A stretch of 32,000 nucleotides of DNA, taken from positions 330,001 to 362,000 of the forward strand of contig NZ_CP046534.1 in the NCBI RefSeq assembly GCF_009827135.1. Direction: 5' to 3'. The notes beneath the pieces were generated by a model. That model did not search any database and had not been told where the DNA came from. It saw only the letters and a program-made list of their open reading frames with translations. The DNA is from Blochmannia endosymbiont of Camponotus nipponensis (GTDB lineage Bacteria > Pseudomonadota > Gammaproteobacteria > Enterobacterales > Enterobacteriaceae). A program made the translations under genes and the position numbers. This document shows, piece by piece, positions 27,886 to 32,000 of the stretch; positions within the stretch are counted from its first letter, which is position 1; every line of letters starts with the position of its first letter.

Positions 27886-28749
27886 TTAACCTTTGTGATA
27901 CATAGAAAATAAAATACCTTTATTTATTCCAAAAAATACCGAAATCAAAAAAACTATACTACCACATAACACTATAGCAGGACCTGCAGGCAAAGACATA
28001 TAAAATGCCCCAAGTAATCCTATCCATGAACACAACACAGCAATAAATACTGACAATAATAGCATATTTATTAAACTTTTAACCCAATATCGAGCTGAAA
28101 GCCCAGGCAACATCATCAATCCAACAGACATTAAAGTACCGGTAATTTGGAAACTTGCTACCAAATTCAACATAACTATTGATAAAAAAAATATTTGAAT
28201 AAATCTCGATGCCTCGGCATCATTTCCTTTTAAAAAATCTGGATCAAATATTTCAATAATCAAAGCTCTATAAAACAATGCAACAGAAATCAACGTTACT
28301 GTACTAATTACTCCAATACACTTTAAATGTAACAAATTTACAGATAAAACAGATCCAAATAATAAACTCAATAAATCTTCTACATTAGAACCATGTAACG
28401 ACATCAGTATTATCCCAAAAGCTAATGATCCAAGATAAAGTCCCGCAAAACTCGCATCTTTCTGCAACAATGTTTTATCACTAATCCAATTAGACAATAT
28501 CGCAACAATTAAACCAGAAATAAAACCACCTATACTCATAACGAAAAATGACATGCCTGCAAAAAAATACCCTATAGCCACTCCTGGTAATATAGCATGA
28601 GATAATACATCTCCCACTAAACTCATACGTCTTAACATTAAAAAACTACCTATTGGTGTTGTACTAATAGACAATACACAACATGCGACTATAGCTCTTC
28701 GCATACACCCATAATCAATAAAAGGATCAAACAACATATGAACAATCAT
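27886..28749 (-). CDS. Metal (Zn/Mn-type) ABC transporter permease, ABC-3 family (ZnuB-like)
   Basis: The product is a polytopic membrane protein with P.GSF...RRMS..GD.LSHA.LPGVA.G, ....FG..L.V and the C-terminal PAGP.IVL......L.S motifs typical of ZnuB/MntB/SitC permeases. It lies immediately downstream of the cognate ATPase gene. The ATG at 28749 (MIVHMLFDPF..) has AAAGG 5 nt upstream and aligns with the ZnuB N-terminus. The ORF-track start at 28785 is GTG. Confidence 0.8.
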   Translation of the reverse strand: MIVHMLFDPFIDYGCMRRAIVACCVLSISTTPIGSFLMLRRMSLVGDVLSHAILPGVAIGYFFAGMSFFVMSIGGFISGLIVAILSNWISDKTLLQKDASFAGLYLGSLAFGIILMSLHGSNVEDLLSLLFGSVLSVNLLHLKCIGVISTVTLISVALFYRALIIEIFDPDFLKGNDAEASRFIQIFFLSIVMLNLVASFQITGTLMSVGLMMLPGLSARYWVKSLINMLLLSVFIAVLCSWIGLLGAFYMSLPAGPAIVLCGSIVFLISVFFGINKGILFSMYHKG

Positions 28750-28838
28750 AAAACCTTTTCTTTTCTTAAAAAAACAAATATTCACATTAATACAATATAC
28801 ATATAAAAATTAAAAATACTCAAAATTATATTTTCTGC

Positions 28839-29483
28839 TTATATAGTCGCATTCCAAATACTACAAGAACAAGTTAATGATAATGTATTAGGAAAATATT
28901 CAGTTACTAATTCATGATTATGTAACGCAGCAATCACAGTACACCCACGCTTACACAATAAATTTACCGCACGTATCATGATTCTACAAGTATTTATATC
29001 AATTCCTTGAAATGGCTCATCCAGCAAAATTAAAGATGCTTGTTGCACCAATATTCTAGCAAATAACATACGTTGTACTTGTCCGCCAGACAAGTTTTCT
29101 ATATATTGATGTAGTACATCTAACAATCTTACCTGCTCTAAAGAACGCCAGATTACAGCTCTTTGATGCCAATTGAGTTTTTGAAATAAATTTGTTCTTG
29201 GCCAACAACCCATGGAGACTACATCAAATACGGTTAATGGAAAATGATGATCTATGGTTGTATCCTGAGGTAAATAACTCATGCGAGGTCTACCTTTTTT
29301 TCCAAATTCTAATCGACCGGCTATTGGAGGCAACAATCCAGCTAATGTTTTTAATAAAGTAGATTTACCTATCCCATTGGGACCCATAATTGCAATCATA
29401 CTACCATGCTTAATCCGGCCACTTACGGATGGACTAACGTTACGCCCGTAGTAACCCACTATTAAATTATATAATGTCATCAT
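28839..29483 (-). CDS. Metal (Zn/Mn-type) ABC transporter ATP-binding protein (ZnuC-like)
   Basis: Walker A GPNGIGKST, Q-loop YLPQ, signature LSGGQVQR, Walker B LILLDEPFQGID and H-loop ALHNH are all present. The product is colinear with the E. coli ZnuC core but, at 214 aa, lacks a C-terminal extension. The ATPase-then-permease order matches znuCB. Confidence 0.8.
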   Translation of the reverse strand: MMTLYNLIVGYYGRNVSPSVSGRIKHGSMIAIMGPNGIGKSTLLKTLAGLLPPIAGRLEFGKKGRPRMSYLPQDTTIDHHFPLTVFDVVSMGCWPRTNLFQKLNWHQRAVIWRSLEQVRLLDVLHQYIENLSGGQVQRMLFARILVQQASLILLDEPFQGIDINTCRIMIRAVNLLCKRGCTVIAALHNHELVTEYFPNTLSLTCSCSIWNATI

Positions 29484-29501
29484 AGATTTATATATCTTAT
29501 A

Positions 29502-29642
29502 TCATGGTAACAAAGAAGACCAAAAAATAGCAACCCATAAACACAATAAGACCACCAGAACTATAAGCATACGAACTAAACCTGACGCAATAAATAATCT
29601 CATACTAATAGAAAGACGTCGTGTAGAATAAAATGACAGCAT
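29502..29642 (-). CDS. Hypothetical 46-aa hydrophobic peptide (leader ORF, small membrane protein, or relic of a signal peptide)
   Basis: This ORF is too short for the ORF track, so I translated it by hand: ATG 29642 ... TGA 29504-29502 gives MLSFYSTRRLSISMRLFIASGLVRMLIVLVVLLCLWVAIFWSSLLP. It starts 18 nt after the 24-bp palindrome and ends 18 nt before the ATPase ATG. It has no obvious SD and no homolog that I recognise. Confidence 0.2.
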   Translation of the reverse strand: MLSFYSTRRLSISMRLFIASGLVRMLIVLVVLLCLWVAIFWSSLLP

Positions 29643-29659
29643 GGTATTTTTTAACTTTT

Positions 29660-29683
29660 AAAGTTATGTTATAACATAACTTT
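29660..29683. promoter_or_regulatory. Perfect 24-bp palindrome; candidate Zur (Fur-family) operator of the metal ABC operon
   Basis: AAAGTTATGTTA|TAACATAACTTT was verified base by base. The sub-string ATGTTATAACATAACTTTT (29666-29684) matches 17 of 19 positions of the gammaproteobacterial Zur-box core ATGTTATAATATAACATTT, as I recall that consensus. The palindrome centre contains TATAAC, a -10-like hexamer on either strand. Confidence 0.4.
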
Positions 29684-29996
29684 TATTAATTAAAACCCTC
29701 CAATTTTTTCCCTTTCCTTCAAAAAAAAATCCACATACTTTCACTAAAAATTTTTAATTAATACATAATATATACATCATATAAAAGATTGTTAATTTTC
29801 ATCCTAATACTTCTATTATCACTAAAACGCTCTAATCCATAATTAGAATATGTAACCTATTTTCATAGAACACATCAATTTTATATTATTAAAAATATAC
29901 TTATTTCTTTAATTATAAAAATGTAATATTCAAAGTTAAAAAATTAAAAATATTTGTTCATTTAAAGTATTCACTGTAACCTTATTTTATATCAAC

Positions 29997-30079
29997 TGCC
30001 GAAGGCCGGACTCGAACCGGCATACCGTTAAGGTGATTGATTTTGAATCAATTGCGTCTACCCATTTCGCCACTTCGGC
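29997..30079 (-). tRNA. leuX: tRNA-Leu (anticodon CAA; leuX homolog)
   Basis: The reverse complement is GCCGAAGTGGCGAAATGGGTAGACGCAATTGATTCAAAATCAATCACCTTAACGGTATGCCGGTTCGAGTCCGGCCTTCGGCA. It has acceptor GCCGAAG/CTTCGGC, anticodon stem ATTGA/TCAAT with loop TTCAAAA (CAA), a long variable arm and T arm GCCGG/CCGGC. It is close to E. coli leuX as I recall it. No CCA is encoded; GTT follows the discriminator A. Confidence 0.9.
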
Positions 30080-30538
30080 CAAATAAATACATATGCATAT
30101 ATTTATGACCCATGTTTTTAACACAACCACATAATTACCAAACTTTACCAAATTTTACAAGATATTATTTAATATAAAAAAACAATTTTTTACAATCATT
30201 AATATATAATATTTATAGTAACTACTTTAACCTTTATTAAATGAAAAGAAAAATATTAAAACACTCATCTATATTATCCGCATGAATAATAGGAGCAATT
30301 ATCAAAATAAACATTCTCCATATCACCTTCAACAATAACGTATCAAAAATTCTTATTCATATCTAATACACTCATCACTTATGCTTCCTATTTCATATAA
30401 ATGTTCATATTATATTTTTACCTGATGTATCTATTATTGATAATAATATTATGGTTGATTACATTAATATATTTTACTATTATATAGATATATATTATAA
30501 TACTTGGTAAAATAAATATTATATGACAATTTTATTAT

Positions 30539-31435
30539 ATGAATAATTTTGATTTCAATTTACTAGTAGTACTCAATGCATTACTAGAAAATAATAGCGT
30601 AAACTTAGCAGCAAAAAAATTAAACGTCACGGCTCCAGCCATTAGCAAATCTCTAAATAAAATACGCATTTTATTTAATGATCAAATTTTAGTTCGTAGT
30701 GGCACTAAATTAATTCCAACACCTAAAGCCATCGATCTAAAAGAAAATATTAAAGAATTAGTGAATCGCATGGAATCAATATTTAATAATAACATACTAT
30801 TTGAACCCAAAATTACTTCCATATCATTTACTATTGCATCAAATAATTCTATTTTTATTATTCTTAGCACTATTTTGTTTAAAGAAATACAAAATAAAGC
30901 TCCCAATACATTTATCAATCTAGTCAACGACTCAGATTACGACGATGACTTCTTAAGAAATCATACCATTGATTTATACATAGGAGAAATGCGCGCACTT
31001 AACCCTGAAATAACCATCAGAACTATTTACGTATCCAAATGTTACCTAATATGTAGAAATCATCATCCTATCCTCTCCAAAAATAAAAATATAGATAATT
31101 TATTAAAATATCAATTTATTAAAACTAAGAATGAATATTTCACCAATTCTAATGAATATAATAAAAATTTTTGGAAAGAACGCAACTTAATTGGCATTAC
31201 TCCGGAATATATTGCTACCGTAAACGCTGTCATTCATTCAGATGCGTTAGCAATAATCCCTGAATTTGTATTAATAATTGCACAGCGATTAAACATACCA
31301 GTAACACATTTTAATACAGATTTTAACCTAGGAAAAAAAAATGTCATTCAAGCATGGCATTCTAAATTCAACCATTCTCCCGCTCATAAATGGTTACGAG
31401 AATTTACTAAAAATATGTTTTTGAGTCAATTATGA
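30539..31435 (+). CDS. LysR-family transcriptional regulator (YidZ/LeuO-like subgroup)
   Basis: The N-terminal winged HTH is FDFNLLVVLNALLENNSVNLAAKKLNVTAPAISKSLNKIRILFNDQILVRSGTKLIPTPKA. This is the D.NLL...L......V..AA..L.V...A.S..L..LR subgroup signature. A roughly 200-aa effector-domain-sized C-terminal part ends ..WH.....S.AHKWLRE..KN.F, which is reminiscent of E. coli YidZ as I recall it. The 298-aa reading frame is intact. Confidence 0.8.
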   Translation: MNNFDFNLLVVLNALLENNSVNLAAKKLNVTAPAISKSLNKIRILFNDQILVRSGTKLIPTPKAIDLKENIKELVNRMESIFNNNILFEPKITSISFTIASNNSIFIILSTILFKEIQNKAPNTFINLVNDSDYDDDFLRNHTIDLYIGEMRALNPEITIRTIYVSKCYLICRNHHPILSKNKNIDNLLKYQFIKTKNEYFTNSNEYNKNFWKERNLIGITPEYIATVNAVIHSDALAIIPEFVLIIAQRLNIPVTHFNTDFNLGKKNVIQAWHSKFNHSPAHKWLREFTKNMFLSQL

Positions 31436-31448
31436 TGAGATTATGAAA

Positions 31449-32000
31449 TCATAAATATATACATATAATAACTATACTAATAATTAAAAAAATTATACTA
31501 GGCGATATCGATCCAACTATCGGTGAAACACTATATATACCACTTAATATTCCAAAAATTTGATTTAAAATATAAAATAAAAAACCCACTATACTTCCTA
31601 CGAATAATCTAACACCCATATTTTTTTTACACAATGGCCCAAAAGTACACGCTAATGCCATTAAAATCATAGCTGATCCGGAAATAGGAGATAATATTTT
31701 ATTCCAAAAAATTATCTGATAATATTTAGAACTTTGACCAATCTTATCAAAATATTTAACACAGTGATATAACTTAGATATAGGTAAAACATTAGGATGA
31801 GTAATCATCATAGATAATCTATACGGAGTTAAAATAGGGTGCCATTCAGAATGTGGTATTTTTTTATTAGTAAAACAGGTTTCTGAAGAAATATCCAATT
31901 CATTCACATCAATCAAATGCCAAATTTTATTAATAAATACCGCTCTCTCAATATAAAATATTTTTTTCAACTTTTTTTCCTGACTAAAATTATACAGCTT
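31449..32000 (-). CDS. lptG: LPS export ABC transporter permease LptG (3' part; the 5' end lies beyond the window edge)
   Basis: ..FYIER....., L.IS.L...VKY......S..YQ...W.KI..P.S...M.LMAL...FGPL....MGVR...G...GF.FY.L.QIFG.L...Y...P..G...PS..FL.IS. is colinear with the C-terminal half of E. coli LptG (YjgQ). The codon at 31970 is an internal TTG. The frame stays open to position 32000 (..KLYNFSQEKK upstream), so the gene is truncated by the window. Confidence 0.87.
   Translation of the reverse strand, partial: KLYNFSQEKKLKKIFYIERAVFINKIWHLIDVNELDISSETCFTNKKIPHSEWHPILTPYRLSMMITHPNVLPISKLYHCVKYFDKIGQSSKYYQIIFWNKILSPISGSAMILMALACTFGPLCKKNMGVRLFVGSIVGFLFYILNQIFGILSGIYSVSPIVGSISPSIIFLIISIVIICIYL

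Noticed and set aside
29997-31435. The possibility that the region around tRNA-Leu(CAA) is a horizontally acquired island. leuX is a classic island and integrase insertion site in E. coli.
   Set aside because: There is no integrase, transposase, direct repeat of the tRNA 3' end, or compositional discontinuity. The flanking genes have the same extreme AT bias and skew as the rest of the window. lptG lies near leuX in E. coli as well, so this looks like ancestral synteny.

Overview
This is a very AT-rich, gene-sparse chromosomal segment. By eye it is about 25-30% G+C. It has the hallmarks of a genome-reduced, Enterobacterales-derived obligate insect endosymbiont (Blochmannia/Baumannia/Wigglesworthia-like); I cannot name the species from sequence alone. 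I can support 27 protein-coding genes, 2 tRNAs and the RNase P RNA, plus one low-confidence 46-codon ORF. All are core housekeeping genes. They fall into blocks colinear with E. coli: ribB / hldE / cca / uppP-folB / plsY / tsaD / rpsU-dnaG-rpoD / ileX; then a DedA-family gene, rnpB, rsmI, dolP; then rpsI-rplM, zapG, degQ; then murA-ibaG ... lptC-lptA-lptB; then a ZnuCB-like metal ABC pair, leuX-type tRNA-Leu(CAA), a LysR regulator and the 3' part of lptG. By my sum of feature lengths about one third of the window is non-coding, including deserts of 2.4 kb and 1.2 kb. Several spacers sit where E. coli carries genes (glnE-ygiF-ygiM, lpoA-yraN-diaA, zapE, mlaBCDEF-yrbG-kdsDC, rpoN-hpf-ptsN), so they look like eroded or deleted gene sites. 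I see no mobile elements, CRISPR, defence, toxin or secondary-metabolite loci. I do not see a convincing novel multi-gene system and will not claim one. The observations most worth a second look are listed here. (1) A perfect 24-bp Zur-box-like palindrome and an unlisted 46-codon hydrophobic ORF lie ahead of a metal ABC importer that has no binding-protein gene. (2) dnaG has conserved N-terminal codons upstream of any canonical start, implying an ATT start behind a good SD and a hairpin. (3) cca has its HD doublet replaced by RN, and both tRNA genes in the window lack an encoded CCA. (4) A near-consensus rnpB promoter is embedded in the last codons of rsmI. (5) Neutral + strand DNA is almost completely depleted of G, with G-free runs of 156 and 201 nt. 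(6) A perfect 19-bp inverted repeat sits alone in the 2.4 kb desert.
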